From Micavibrio sp. UBA2638 (GTDB lineage: Bacteria; Pseudomonadota; Alphaproteobacteria; Micavibrionales; Micavibrionaceae), in assembly GCA_002359735.1 (NCBI GenBank), contig DENS01000018.1:52819-116818 (forward strand): a stretch of 64,000 nt of DNA, given 5' to 3'. A program made the translations under genes and the position numbers. The notes under the pieces were generated by a model. That model ran no database searches, was not told the DNA's origin, and saw nothing but the letters and a program-made list of their open reading frames with translations. Positions 36,165 through 46,083 of the stretch are shown in pieces (the stretch's first letter is position 1; each line of letters starts with the position of its first letter).

Positions 36165-36884
36165 TTATTCAGCCGCGCTGGAGATATCTTTGCAAGGGAA
36201 TTCAGATGTGCAAGCCGCACAGGAATAGCGAACCAGTTGATTGCAGTCATCCATCGTGATTGTGGAGCCTTTGACCCTTATGCCTGTTTCATTCTGTAGT
36301 TTTTTTAGGGCTCTGGAAAAAGTTTCTGGTTGCATGCCAAGCCGCGAAGCGACAAGCATCTTATCGTAAGGCAGATGTATTTGAACTTGTCCATCTTCAT
36401 TTTGCTGAAGAAGTCTAAGCAGAAAACAGCCAATTCGTTGTGATGCGTTCTGGATGGATCTGTGTTCGATTTCGCGGTCTTGTTGGCGACGGTATTTCGC
36501 CATTGACCCCAGCATTGAAAAAGCAAATTTGCTGTTATTTGCAATTTCTTCTTTTAAAGGTGCGATGGGCAGAGTGATAATTTCAGACGATTCCACAATT
36601 TCTGCGCTGTAGGGGTAGATTCCGTCTTCAAATATGGCTGTGTCACCAAAAATGTGGCCGGTAGTAAATATGTCGACGACGGCTTGGGTCCCGTCCAGGG
36701 TCTCTCTGAAAAGTTTGACCCAACCGCTCTGTACATAGAAAAAGTTATCGCCCTTATCTCCGTGTAGGAATAAAATTTTTCCTTTGTTATATTTATGTGA
36801 CTTTGCACCGGCAGCCAAATTTGTGAAGAAAGAATCCCCGCAATCTTTAAATAGACCGATATTACATAGTGTATTTTTGAGCAT
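36165..36884 (-). CDS. Crp/Fnr-family transcriptional regulator with a C-terminal Cys cluster
   Basis: 239 aa with a cNMP-binding-like beta-roll. The HTH carries the FNR-type recognition residues E-x-x-S-R (QPETFSRALKKL). C-terminal cysteines are C214, C222, C225 and C231 (CNQLVRYSCAACTSEFPC). Confidence 0.85.
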   Translation of the reverse strand: MLKNTLCNIGLFKDCGDSFFTNLAAGAKSHKYNKGKILFLHGDKGDNFFYVQSGWVKLFRETLDGTQAVVDIFTTGHIFGDTAIFEDGIYPYSAEIVESSEIITLPIAPLKEEIANNSKFAFSMLGSMAKYRRQQDREIEHRSIQNASQRIGCFLLRLLQQNEDGQVQIHLPYDKMLVASRLGMQPETFSRALKKLQNETGIRVKGSTITMDDCNQLVRYSCAACTSEFPCKDISSAAE

Positions 36885-36908
36885 AATTTTTTTGTCTTAT
36901 AGGCTAAC

Positions 36909-36922
36909 TTGACTAAAATCAA
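36909..36922. promoter_or_regulatory. FNR/FixK-type box TTGAC-TAAA-ATCAA in the fnr-like / cco divergent region
   Basis: One mismatch to TTGAT-N4-ATCAA. It lies 24 nt from the regulator ATG (36884) and 53 nt upstream of the ATG at 36976. Confidence 0.55.
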
Positions 36923-36975
36923 GGTTACACTCTACCATTTTACGCACAGTAATGGGGTCAAAAATAGGAAGTTTT

Positions 36976-37701
36976 ATGGACTTTGTGCATTGTATACAGG
37001 ATTTTTCCGGCCAATATGGTTTGGTGACCAGTCTTTTTCTAGGTGGATTGGCGGGGGGCTTTACGCACTGCACGGCCATGTGTTCTCCGTTTGTATTGTC
37101 ACAAATTGGTGCGCGGGGCGATGTTCGTGACACGGCGTTGAAGCGTTTATCCGGTGCGCTGCTTATTCCATATCATTTAGGTAGAATGACAACCTATGTT
37201 TTTATGGCGGCAATTTTTCACAGTGTTTTAAATCTGGCCTATCTTTTTTCGGAACAAAAGGCTTTGCTAAGTGGGCCTATATTGGCCTTGGCAGGGGTGT
37301 TGTTTTTAGTGAGTGTTTTTCCTGTATTTACAAAGATGTTTCCATGGGTTACCAGACTGCATGTGCCGGCGCCCATGAAATTTATGGTGGGTTTTAGTAA
37401 CGTAATGATGCTAGACCCCGGGCCAATAAAACGGTACAGTTTGGGCGTTATGCTGGGCTTTATGCCTTGTGGTCTTGTGCTTGCAGCTATTATGGCGGCT
37501 TCTACAGCTCCAAATCTGGCGCAGGCCTCTTTGGCAATGGCGGCGTTTTCGGTGGGAACGATGCCGGCACTGGTGGTAACGGCATTTGGAGGGCGTGCTT
37601 TGCAGATGAAGTTTCCCGAATTTTCAAGAATGATCAGGCAGGGGGCAATGGCCGTTAGTGCTTTATGGCTCTTTGTTCTGGCTGGATGGATGATGATATA
37701 A
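36976..37701 (+). CDS. DsbD_2 / TauE-SafE-like polytopic membrane protein leading the cco operon
   Basis: [18 protein letters not shown] motif with about six TMs. The ORF opens at 36952. The in-frame ATG at 36976 has AGGAAG (36966-71) just upstream and leaves room for an FNR-dependent promoter. Confidence 0.65.
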   Translation: MDFVHCIQDFSGQYGLVTSLFLGGLAGGFTHCTAMCSPFVLSQIGARGDVRDTALKRLSGALLIPYHLGRMTTYVFMAAIFHSVLNLAYLFSEQKALLSGPILALAGVLFLVSVFPVFTKMFPWVTRLHVPAPMKFMVGFSNVMMLDPGPIKRYSLGVMLGFMPCGLVLAAIMAASTAPNLAQASLAMAAFSVGTMPALVVTAFGGRALQMKFPEFSRMIRQGAMAVSALWLFVLAGWMMI

Positions 37702-37714
37702 AAAGGAAGAAAAA

Positions 37715-39154
37715 ATGAGTTCAAGTGCTTTGAATGAGAAATACAATTACGATGTGGTCAGGCTTTTTACCCTGGCAACTGTTTTTTGGGGGATCGTCGG
37801 GTTTCTTGCCGGTATTTTTATCGCCGCGCAAATGGTATTCCCGGATTTAAATATTGAACCCTATCTCAGCTTTGGCCGTCTTCGCCCTGTGCATACATCT
37901 GCAGTCATTTTTGCCTTTGGGGGGAATGCGCTTTTTGCAACCAGTTATTTCATTGTTCAGCGGACATGCGGCGTAAGGCTATGGTCGGATAAGTTGGCCA
38001 TGTTCACCTTTTGGGGCTACCAGTTCTTCATTGTGCTGGCCGCGCTGGGATACGTTCTGGGCGTTACACAAAGTAAAGAATATGCGGAGCCCGAATGGTA
38101 TGCCGATCTCTGGCTGACAATTGTTTGGGTGGCTTATCTTGTTGTTTATTTGATGACCTGTATCAAACGCAAAGAATCGCATTTATATGTCGCTAACTGG
38201 TTCTATTTGTCCTTTATTATAACCGTTGCGGTCCTGCATCTTGGAAATAATATTTCGATTCCGGTCAGCTTGACAGATGCCAAAAGCTATAGTGCGTTTG
38301 CTGGTGTTCAGAGCGCCATGATCCAGTGGTGGTATGGGCATAATGCTGTTGGTTTCTTCCTGACGGCCGGTTTCCTTGGTATGATGTATTACTTTATTCC
38401 GAAACAGGCCAACAGACCGGTATATTCTTACCGCCTTTCCATTGTTCACTTTTGGTCGCTAATCTTTATCTATATCTGGGCGGGGCCTCATCACCTTCAC
38501 TATACATCGTTGCCTGATTGGGCGCAGACCTTGGGGATGACGTTTTCAATCATGCTGTGGATGCCAAGTTGGGGCGGAATGATTAATGGTGTAATGACCT
38601 TATCGGGTGCATGGCATAAATTGCGCGAAGACCCGATTATCCAGTTTATGATTATCGCTTTGGCATTTTATGGCATGAGCACATTTGAAGGTCCATTAAT
38701 GTCGATACGTGCGGTGAACTCATTGTCTCACTACACGGATTGGACCATTGGTCATGTGCACTCTGGTGCTTTGGGCTGGGTTGGTTTTATCAGCTTTGGT
38801 GCGCTGTATTATATGGTTCCGCATCTCTGGGGGCGTGATAAAATGTACTCAACGAAGTTGATTAGCATCCATTTATGGGTGGCAACGCTTGGTATCGTTT
38901 GTTACATCACGGCCATGTGGGTTTCCGGTATTATGCAGGGCCTAATGTGGCGTTCATATAATGACATGGGTTTCCTGGAATACTCATTCGTTGAGACTGT
39001 TATGGCGATGAAACCATTCTACGCTATCCGGGTCTTGGGCGGTGTGCTCTACCTCGCCGGTGCGCTGGTTATGGTCTATAATATTTATAAAACCATTCGC
39101 GGTGACGTTAATCAAAAAGAACAAAATCTTCAAGCACAAGGAGCAGCGGCATGA
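37715..39154 (+). CDS. ccoN: cbb3-type cytochrome c oxidase subunit I
   Basis: 479 aa with 12+ TMs. [10 protein letters not shown] and [17 protein letters not shown] are His-ligand motifs. Confidence 0.95.
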   Translation: MSSSALNEKYNYDVVRLFTLATVFWGIVGFLAGIFIAAQMVFPDLNIEPYLSFGRLRPVHTSAVIFAFGGNALFATSYFIVQRTCGVRLWSDKLAMFTFWGYQFFIVLAALGYVLGVTQSKEYAEPEWYADLWLTIVWVAYLVVYLMTCIKRKESHLYVANWFYLSFIITVAVLHLGNNISIPVSLTDAKSYSAFAGVQSAMIQWWYGHNAVGFFLTAGFLGMMYYFIPKQANRPVYSYRLSIVHFWSLIFIYIWAGPHHLHYTSLPDWAQTLGMTFSIMLWMPSWGGMINGVMTLSGAWHKLREDPIIQFMIIALAFYGMSTFEGPLMSIRAVNSLSHYTDWTIGHVHSGALGWVGFISFGALYYMVPHLWGRDKMYSTKLISIHLWVATLGIVCYITAMWVSGIMQGLMWRSYNDMGFLEYSFVETVMAMKPFYAIRVLGGVLYLAGALVMVYNIYKTIRGDVNQKEQNLQAQGAAA

Positions 39155-39888
39155 AATGGATGAAACACGATAAATTAGAACGCAATTCCCTTCTGCTGTC
39201 AGGGTTCATTATTGTGACGGTTCTGATTGGGGGTATCGTTGAGATTGTGCCACTGTTCAGACAGGAAACCGTGATTGAGCCAGTTGAGGGGGTTCGCCCG
39301 TATACTCCGCTGGAACTTGCCGGATATAATATTTATGTTCGTGAAGGCTGCTATAATTGCCATTCCCAGCAGATCCGTCCGCTGCGTGATGAGGTCGTGC
39401 GTTATGGTCATTATTCTTTGGCTGCGGAAAGTATGTATGATCATCCGTTCCAGTGGGGATCAAAGCGTACGGGTCCTGATTTGGCGCGTGTTGGCGGAAA
39501 ATATTCTGATGAGTGGCAGGTTGCACATTTGAAGGAACCGCGTGATCTGGTGCCTGAATCAATTATGCCGTCTTATGAATTTTTATTGCATAGAGCCGCA
39601 AAGCTGCATGATATCCATAACCATATGAAATCTCTGGCTGCCGTTGGGGTACCTTATGGTGAAGAACATATTAAAATGGCCAGAAAAGATGCCACCGCAC
39701 AAGCTATCGGGGAAGCAAGAACGGATACGTCCGGGTTGCAGGAACGATACGGCGATAATGTAAATGCCAGGGATTTTGACGGAAATCCTTCGATGATATC
39801 TGAAATGGATGCTTTGGTGGCTTATTTGCAGGTGCTGGGCACGATGGTTGATTTTGAGGCTGCCAAAAATGTGGAAGGGAATGAGTGA
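39151..39888 (+). CDS. ccoO: cbb3-type cytochrome c oxidase subunit II (monoheme)
   Basis: 245 aa with an N-terminal TM and the heme motif [11 protein letters not shown]. The start overlaps the ccoN stop. Confidence 0.95.
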   Translation: MKWMKHDKLERNSLLLSGFIIVTVLIGGIVEIVPLFRQETVIEPVEGVRPYTPLELAGYNIYVREGCYNCHSQQIRPLRDEVVRYGHYSLAAESMYDHPFQWGSKRTGPDLARVGGKYSDEWQVAHLKEPRDLVPESIMPSYEFLLHRAAKLHDIHNHMKSLAAVGVPYGEEHIKMARKDATAQAIGEARTDTSGLQERYGDNVNARDFDGNPSMISEMDALVAYLQVLGTMVDFEAAKNVEGNE

Positions 39889-40040
39889 TGAAAGAATTAT
39901 TTGCAGATGCAAATATGGGGCTTATCGGGCTTATTTTCTTTTTTCTGTTTTTCTGTGCCGTCCTTGTGTGGGTAATGCGCCCGGGCAGCAAAGAACAGTA
40001 TAAAAATAATTCCGAAATCCCGTTAAAAGAGGATGAATAG
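39888..40040 (+). CDS. ccoQ: cbb3-type cytochrome c oxidase subunit CcoQ/FixQ (50 aa; below the ORF-track cutoff)
   Basis: Own translation: [50 protein letters not shown]. It has a single TM and an IPLxED tail like FixQ. The ATG overlaps the ccoO TGA (TGATG), and the stop TAG at 40038-40 lies 2 nt before ccoP. Confidence 0.8.
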   Translation: MKELFADANMGLIGLIFFFLFFCAVLVWVMRPGSKEQYKNNSEIPLKEDE

Positions 40041-40042
40041 AT

Positions 40043-41116
40043 ATGACCGAAGACCATAAAAAAGACAAAGATATTGATGAGCTGAGCGGCGTTGAAACAA
40101 CTGGCCACAGCTGGGACGGCTTGCAAGAGTTGAATAACCCGCTGCCGCGTTGGTGGGTGTGGGTTTGGATTGCAACCATCGTTTGGTCGGTTTGGTATTT
40201 TGTGGTGTATCCGGCATGGCCTGTTCCTGGCGGAGCAACGGAAGGTACATCGGGCTATACGCAGTTTAAAGAATTGGCTGAAAGCCAGCAAGAAATTCGG
40301 GACCGTCAGGCGGCATATCTGGAGCGGTTTGAAAATGCAAGTTTCGAAGAAATTATGAATGATGAGGAACTATATGCCTTTGCCATGGCAGGGGGAAAAT
40401 CCGCATTTAAGGATAATTGCGCGACATGTCACGGGACCGGGGCCGAAGGCGGCATGGGGTATCCCAACCTGAATGATGATGATTGGCTATGGGGTGGGAA
40501 ATTAAGTGATATTTACCACACGCTTCGTTACGGTATTCGCGCGGATAATCTGGATACACGGTTGTCACAAATGCCGGCTTTTGGTCAGGATAAGTTGCTG
40601 GATAAGCAGCAGATTAATATGGTTGTTGACTATGTTTTGAGCCTGTCCGGCCATACAGATGATGCGCATCATGGCGGCGAATATGATCCGGCTGAATATT
40701 TGAAAGCCGGAGCGCAGATTTTCCAGCAACAGTGCGCGTCATGTCATGGCCCGGATGCAAAAGGACTGCATGAATTTGGCGCCCCGAATTTGACCGATGC
40801 GATCTGGCTTTTTGGTGGTGATCGCGACACAGTGTTTCAAACTGTGTATTATTCCCGCGCAGGTATGATGCCGGCTTGGGAAGGGCGTTTGGGAGATGAT
40901 ACCATTCGTCAGTTGGCAGTGTATATTCATGAATTGGGCGGCGGTGCGCCTGATGCGGCTATATTGCCTGATGAAGGTCTTCGCAATCCTGCTCCGTTAA
41001 AATCTCCTGAATATGAGAAAACCGAGGACCTTGATAATGACGGTGAAGTTTTATCAGTTGAGCCTGAGGTCCCGCTGGCAGAAGATGCCCAGAATGATAT
41101 GGGTGTGCATGAATAG
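40043..41116 (+). CDS. ccoP: cbb3-type cytochrome c oxidase subunit III (diheme)
   Basis: 357 aa with the N-terminal FixP domain (NPLPRWWVW) and two CxxCH motifs (CATCHG, CASCHG). The acidic C-terminal tail is about 60 aa. Confidence 0.95.
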   Translation: MTEDHKKDKDIDELSGVETTGHSWDGLQELNNPLPRWWVWVWIATIVWSVWYFVVYPAWPVPGGATEGTSGYTQFKELAESQQEIRDRQAAYLERFENASFEEIMNDEELYAFAMAGGKSAFKDNCATCHGTGAEGGMGYPNLNDDDWLWGGKLSDIYHTLRYGIRADNLDTRLSQMPAFGQDKLLDKQQINMVVDYVLSLSGHTDDAHHGGEYDPAEYLKAGAQIFQQQCASCHGPDAKGLHEFGAPNLTDAIWLFGGDRDTVFQTVYYSRAGMMPAWEGRLGDDTIRQLAVYIHELGGGAPDAAILPDEGLRNPAPLKSPEYEKTEDLDNDGEVLSVEPEVPLAEDAQNDMGVHE

Positions 41117-41128
41117 AAAGATCCAGCG

Positions 41129-42526
41129 ATGTTACAATACTTTGCGAAGCAACAAAAAGTTTATCCCAAGCGTGTTTGGGGGAAATATCGTAAATTAAAA
41201 TGGGTGGCAATGATTGTCACTTTGGGAATTTATTATCTGGTCCCCTTCATTCGCTGGGACCGTGGCCCCAATGCCCCTGATCAGGCTGTTTTGATTGATC
41301 TGAATGGTCCGCGTGCTTATTGGTTCTGGATTGAGATATGGCCGCAGGAAGTTTATATTCTGACTGGTATATTAATATTGGCCGCGATCGGGTTGTTTTT
41401 TGTGACGTCAATGTTTGGCCGTGTATGGTGCGGATATTTATGCCCGCAAACTGTATGGACAGACTTGTTTGTCTGGGTTGAACGTATTGTACAGGGGGAT
41501 CGTAATGCCCGTAAAAAGCTGCAGGAAGGCCCCTGGACATTTACCAAAATTCGTAAAATTGCGTTGACTCATTTTATTTGGCTCGTGATTGCCTGGGCAA
41601 CGGCCGGTTCTTTTGTTCTTTATTTTAATGATGCCCCGACATTGGTGCGCAGTTTTTTTGAATTTGATGTTTCTCCGACTGTTCTCTGGTTTATTATCGG
41701 GCTTACAGCCAGTACTTATTTGATGGCCGGGTTTGCCCGTGAGCAGGTTTGCACATATATGTGCCCGTATGCGCGGTTTCAATCGGCGATGTTTGATAAA
41801 GATACGTTGATTATTGGTTATGATCAAAAGCGTGGTGAACCCCGCGGCAAACATAAAAAAGGCACGAGCTGGGATGATCGTGGTGATTGTATTGATTGTA
41901 CGTTATGTGTTCAAGTTTGCCCCACAGGGATTGATATCCGTGACGGATTGCAAATGGAATGTATCGCTTGCGGGTTATGTGTGGATGCCTGTAATGGCGT
42001 TATGGATCAGGTGGAACGCCCGCGCGGTTTGATCCGTTACGACACGGCCAATCACATGCAGGCCGAAGTTAAAGGCGGTGAAGAAAGATTTCGCTTTATT
42101 CGTCCGCGCACAATATATTATTCGGCCATAATTGCGATAGTGGGTTCCATTATGCTTTATGCCCTTATATTCCGTTCTCCGCTTGAATTGCATGTATTAC
42201 ATGACCGTAACCCAGTGTTTGTTCAGCTATCCAGCGGTGAAATTCGTAATGGTTATACCATTAAAATTCTAAATAAAACTCACCAGTTTCAGACCTATGA
42301 TTTGACGCTGGATGGCTTGGATAATGCCCAGATCAATGTTAGAGCCGCCGGTGATGTTTCGGCCAGTGATCTGAGCGTACCGGCCGACAGTGTCGGGTCT
42401 TATCATATTTTCGTGAGCGCAGATGTGCCCCCTGCTGAGCCACGTAAATTTAATTTTGTATTGCGTTCACGCGATGGGGATATGGAAGATGAGTATAAAG
42501 CCAAATTCATAACAAGGCGCGATTGA
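41129..42526 (+). CDS. ccoG: cbb3 oxidase accessory protein CcoG/FixG (polyferredoxin membrane protein)
   Basis: 465 aa with CGYLCPQ and two ferredoxin motifs (CIDCTLCVQVCP, CIACGLCVDAC). Confidence 0.9.
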   Translation: MLQYFAKQQKVYPKRVWGKYRKLKWVAMIVTLGIYYLVPFIRWDRGPNAPDQAVLIDLNGPRAYWFWIEIWPQEVYILTGILILAAIGLFFVTSMFGRVWCGYLCPQTVWTDLFVWVERIVQGDRNARKKLQEGPWTFTKIRKIALTHFIWLVIAWATAGSFVLYFNDAPTLVRSFFEFDVSPTVLWFIIGLTASTYLMAGFAREQVCTYMCPYARFQSAMFDKDTLIIGYDQKRGEPRGKHKKGTSWDDRGDCIDCTLCVQVCPTGIDIRDGLQMECIACGLCVDACNGVMDQVERPRGLIRYDTANHMQAEVKGGEERFRFIRPRTIYYSAIIAIVGSIMLYALIFRSPLELHVLHDRNPVFVQLSSGEIRNGYTIKILNKTHQFQTYDLTLDGLDNAQINVRAAGDVSASDLSVPADSVGSYHIFVSADVPPAEPRKFNFVLRSRDGDMEDEYKAKFITRRD

Positions 42527-42527
42527 T

Positions 42528-43001
42528 ATGAAAGAACAAGTTATTGCAAAACCTTTGAGTGGATGGTGGGTGTTTACCGCGTTTGCGGCGTTTTTCGGTG
42601 TTGTTATTATTGTAAATGGAATTTTTATTACATCGGCCCTGGGATCATTTAGCGGTCTTGTCACCGAACAGCCTTATAAAAAGGGATTGGCATATAATGA
42701 GATTCTTGAAAATGCCCGCACCCAACCAAACATTAATCACAAAGTTTCCTTTCAAGAGGGCATTCTTCGCTGGGGTTTAAAGGAACAAGACGGTACGTAT
42801 ATAAAAGAGGCGTCCGTAACTGCAAATTTTACGCGTCCGGTAAAAGATGGTAATGATTTTTCTATGCCGTTGCACTATCAGGGAAAAGGTTTATATCTAG
42901 GTACACCTGAGTTTCCTTTGAAAGGGTTATGGGCCGTACAGTTGAGTGCAAAATGGAACAATCAGACATACAAAACAACGAAACAAATAATTGTTCGTTA
43001 G
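42528..43001 (+). CDS. ccoH: CcoH/FixH
   Basis: 157 aa. WWVFTAFAAFFGVVIIVNGIFI TM followed by a periplasmic domain. Positional match between ccoG and ccoI. Confidence 0.85.
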   Translation: MKEQVIAKPLSGWWVFTAFAAFFGVVIIVNGIFITSALGSFSGLVTEQPYKKGLAYNEILENARTQPNINHKVSFQEGILRWGLKEQDGTYIKEASVTANFTRPVKDGNDFSMPLHYQGKGLYLGTPEFPLKGLWAVQLSAKWNNQTYKTTKQIIVR

Positions 43002-45148
43002 AAAGCGGATATGAAAGTCTGGTTCAGGATGGGCTGGATGGAAATCATCAGTTATCTGTGCTGGTGAGCGGTGTACATTGTGCCGGATGTATTCAAAAAA
43101 TTGAATCGCGCCTTGCCAAAGAAACGGACGTAAACGCAGTCAGGCTTAATTTTTCGACCGGGCGGTTGGCCTTAAGCTGGACAGGCGATAAAGCACGCGC
43201 CAATGATCTTGTCGCGTTGGTTCAGGGGCTGGGTTATGGCGTTGCCCCGTATGATCCCCGCAGGGAACAGGACGAAACCGAAAAACAGGACCGTTTTTTG
43301 CTGTTATGTCTGGGCGTAGCCGGATTTGCGATGGGGAATATTATGCTCATCTCTGTTGGTTTGTGGAGTTCGGATTCCAATACAATGGGGCTTGCTACGC
43401 GTGAATTATTCCACTGGATATCTGCTTTAATTGCCATTCCCACGGTTATGTTTTCCGGTCGCCCATTCTTTAGATCGGCGGCAAAAGCCTTGCGCGCCGG
43501 TCACACGAATATGGATGTTCCGATTTCGCTGGCGTTGATATTGGCAACCAGTATGAGCATTTGGGAAATTTTTAAACAAGGGGAGCATGTGTATTTTGAT
43601 TCTGCTGTTATGCTGATGTTCTTCTTGCTGATCGGTCGTTATCTGGATTTTCGTGCCCGTAAAAATGCACGTTCAAGTGCGACGGATTTGCTGAGCACGC
43701 TCAGTGGCTTTGCCAGTGTGCTGGATAAACGCGGTGTGGTTAAACGTATGCCAATACCGGAATTGCGCGAAGACATGATTGTTCAAGTTGCCGCTGGTGA
43801 AAAATTTCCGATTGATGGTTTGGTGGAGCAGGGAAAAAGCACTGTTGATACGTCTTTGGTGACTGGTGAAACGGTACCGCGGGAAATAGAGCCGGGCTTA
43901 CAGGTTTACGCGGGGACACTGAATCTGGCAACGCCTGTTACAGTAAAAGTGGAAAAAGCAGCCGAGGATTCCCTGTTGGCCGATGTGGTTCGTTTAATGG
44001 AAAAGGCGGGACAGGGGCAGGCGGCTTATGTTCAGATTGCTGACCGTGCCGCCAGGCTATATACACCGGTTGTGCACTCTCTGGCGGCGTTTGCCTTTTT
44101 AGGGTGGTTGTTTATCGGCGGATTGGATTGGCAGGATTCTCTTTTAATTGCCGTAACGGTTTTAATTATTACATGTCCTTGCGCGTTGGGGCTGGCGGTG
44201 CCAGTGACACAGGTGCTGGCAACCGGGCGGTTAATGAAAAACGGAATTTTGGTGAAATCGGGCGATGCGCTGGAACGACTTTCGAAAATTGATATGGCAA
44301 TTTTTGATAAAACCGGTACGTTGACATTGGGAAAACCTGTTCTGCAAAAACGATACGATGCAGATATATTGCGCCCAGCCGCATCTCTTGCCATTCATAG
44401 CAGGCATCCTCTTTCAAAGGGGGTAGTTAATGCTTATCAGGGAGAACTGTTAAAGGTTGATCATATCGAAGAGGTTCCGGGTAAGGGGGTAAAAGGACAA
44501 ATTGACGGCAAGATGGTGCGTATCGGTAGCCGCGATTGGTGCGGTGATGATCAGGCTTCGCCATCGGATGAGCTGGAAATTTGGTTCAGCAGTGATGGGC
44601 AACGACCTGAGCGTTTTATTTTAAAAGATGTTTTGCGCCCTGATGCGGCTGATGTGATGGCCAATTTGGGATTGGAAACGGTATTGCTGTCTGGTGACAG
44701 GGAGCATGTGGTTAAAAACATTGCTGATGAAATTGGACTTGATCAATATTATGCGGAGAAAACGCCAACCGAAAAATATGATATCCTGCAAAGTTATAAA
44801 GATAAGGGGCGCAAAGTATTGATGGTTGGCGACGGGTTGAATGATGCACCGGTTTTGGCTGCGGCAGATGTTTCTATTGCCCCTGGAACGGCAATTGATA
44901 TGGCGCAAAACGCGGCGGATATTATTTTTATGGGGGATAAGCTGGCCCCGGTCAAAGAGGTGTATGATGTTGCCCGGCTTTCACAGAAACTTGTAAGACA
45001 GAATTTTATGCTGGCCATTGCGTATAATATTTGTGTTATTCCGATGGCATTGGCAGGTATGGTGACCCCGATGATTGCGGCCATTGCGATGTCGTGTTCA
45101 TCATTGATTGTGATTGCGAACTCTTTCAGGGTAAAGTTAGCTTCATGA
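42929..45148 (+). CDS. ccoI: Copper-translocating P1B-type ATPase CcoI/FixI
   Basis: HMA motif GVHCAGCIQKIE, CPCALGLAVP, DKTGTLT, GDGLNDAP. The start is uncertain (ATG at 42929 or 42953); both overlap the ccoH 3' end. Confidence 0.9.
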   Translation: MGRTVECKMEQSDIQNNETNNCSLESGYESLVQDGLDGNHQLSVLVSGVHCAGCIQKIESRLAKETDVNAVRLNFSTGRLALSWTGDKARANDLVALVQGLGYGVAPYDPRREQDETEKQDRFLLLCLGVAGFAMGNIMLISVGLWSSDSNTMGLATRELFHWISALIAIPTVMFSGRPFFRSAAKALRAGHTNMDVPISLALILATSMSIWEIFKQGEHVYFDSAVMLMFFLLIGRYLDFRARKNARSSATDLLSTLSGFASVLDKRGVVKRMPIPELREDMIVQVAAGEKFPIDGLVEQGKSTVDTSLVTGETVPREIEPGLQVYAGTLNLATPVTVKVEKAAEDSLLADVVRLMEKAGQGQAAYVQIADRAARLYTPVVHSLAAFAFLGWLFIGGLDWQDSLLIAVTVLIITCPCALGLAVPVTQVLATGRLMKNGILVKSGDALERLSKIDMAIFDKTGTLTLGKPVLQKRYDADILRPAASLAIHSRHPLSKGVVNAYQGELLKVDHIEEVPGKGVKGQIDGKMVRIGSRDWCGDDQASPSDELEIWFSSDGQRPERFILKDVLRPDAADVMANLGLETVLLSGDREHVVKNIADEIGLDQYYAEKTPTEKYDILQSYKDKGRKVLMVGDGLNDAPVLAAADVSIAPGTAIDMAQNAADIIFMGDKLAPVKEVYDVARLSQKLVRQNFMLAIAYNICVIPMALAGMVTPMIAAIAMSCSSLIVIANSFRVKLAS

Positions 45149-45357
45149 GTATTCTTTTATATCTAATCCCCATTGCCTTGCTGCTTGGTTTAATTGGCCT
45201 TAGTGCATTTATATGGGCCCTTAAATCCGGCCAGTATGATGATCTGGATGGTGCCGCGCAACGTATCTTGATGGATGACGATGACGGCACAGATATAAAA
45301 ACAGGCACCAATACAGCGCTGGACAAGGCCGCTAACAAAAGTCAGGATGAACAATAA
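45145..45357 (+). CDS. ccoS: CcoS/FixS
   Basis: MSILLYLIPIALLLGLIGLSAFIWALKSGQYDDLDGAAQRIL... (70 aa). The ATG overlaps the ccoI TGA (ATGA at 45145-48). The 108-aa track ORF from 45031 is an in-frame upstream extension inside ccoI. Confidence 0.85.
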   Translation: MSILLYLIPIALLLGLIGLSAFIWALKSGQYDDLDGAAQRILMDDDDGTDIKTGTNTALDKAANKSQDEQ

Positions 45358-45399
45358 TGTGTGGTTTTTTTATAACCAGTACTATTTTGCGATAATGAG

Positions 45400-46083
45400 A
45401 TGCGTTTATTAATAATCGAAGATGATAAAGAAGTTGCGGCCTATATCACCAAAGGTATGAAAGAGGCAGGGCATACGATTGATACCGCAGATAATGGCAA
45501 AGACGGTTTGTTTTTAGCCACGACCGAAAATTATGATGCTTTGATTGTTGACCGGATGCTACCCGGTCTGGATGGGCTGAGCATTATTCGTACGATACGC
45601 GGTGCTGATAATAAAACACCCGCATTGATCCTGTCCGCATTGGGAGAGGTCGATGACCGTGTAAAGGGATTGCGTTCCGGCGGGGATGATTACATGGTCA
45701 AGCCTTTCGCCTTTGCCGAGCTGCTGGCCCGTATAGAAATCCTGGCGCGGCGTGGGCGCGAGAATAGCCAGAACGGTGCGTCAAATTGTCTTGAAGCCGG
45801 CGACCTGAAACTGGATTTATTGTCACGTAAGGTTACGCGTGGACAACAGGTGATAGAGTTACAAGCCACTGAATTTCGTTTACTGGAATATTTGCTGCAG
45901 CATAAAGGGCAGGTTGTAACCCGAACCATGCTTTTGGAACATGTATGGGATTATCATTTTGACCCTCAGACTAATGTCATTGATGTACATATCAGCCGTT
46001 TACGCGCCAAAATAGACAAAGGTTTTAAAGGGCAAATCATTAGAACGGTTCGCGGGGCTGGCTATATCATCGAAGGGGAATGA
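45400..46083 (+). CDS. OmpR-family response regulator
   Basis: 227 aa. The receiver domain (LLIIEDD ... LIVDRMLPGLDG ... DDYMVKPF) is followed by a winged-helix domain (IRTVRGAGYII). Confidence 0.9.
   Translation: MRLLIIEDDKEVAAYITKGMKEAGHTIDTADNGKDGLFLATTENYDALIVDRMLPGLDGLSIIRTIRGADNKTPALILSALGEVDDRVKGLRSGGDDYMVKPFAFAELLARIEILARRGRENSQNGASNCLEAGDLKLDLLSRKVTRGQQVIELQATEFRLLEYLLQHKGQVVTRTMLLEHVWDYHFDPQTNVIDVHISRLRAKIDKGFKGQIIRTVRGAGYIIEGE

Noticed and set aside
37239-37724. 161-aa minus-strand ORF opposite the DsbD_2-like gene
   Set aside because: It is antisense to a membrane-protein gene with a conserved HCxxMC motif, and its translation has no recognisable features.
39583-40291. Minus-strand ORFs (109, 195, 82, 75 aa) across the ccoO-ccoQ-ccoP junction
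   Set aside because: They are fully antisense to strongly supported cco genes. Their composition is low-complexity and Pro/Arg-rich, and they have no start context.
45031-45144. Upstream extension of the ccoS ORF (108-aa version)
   Set aside because: The extension lies wholly inside ccoI in another frame. The family-typical CcoS N-terminus (MSILLYLIPIALLLG) begins at the ATGA overlap at 45145.
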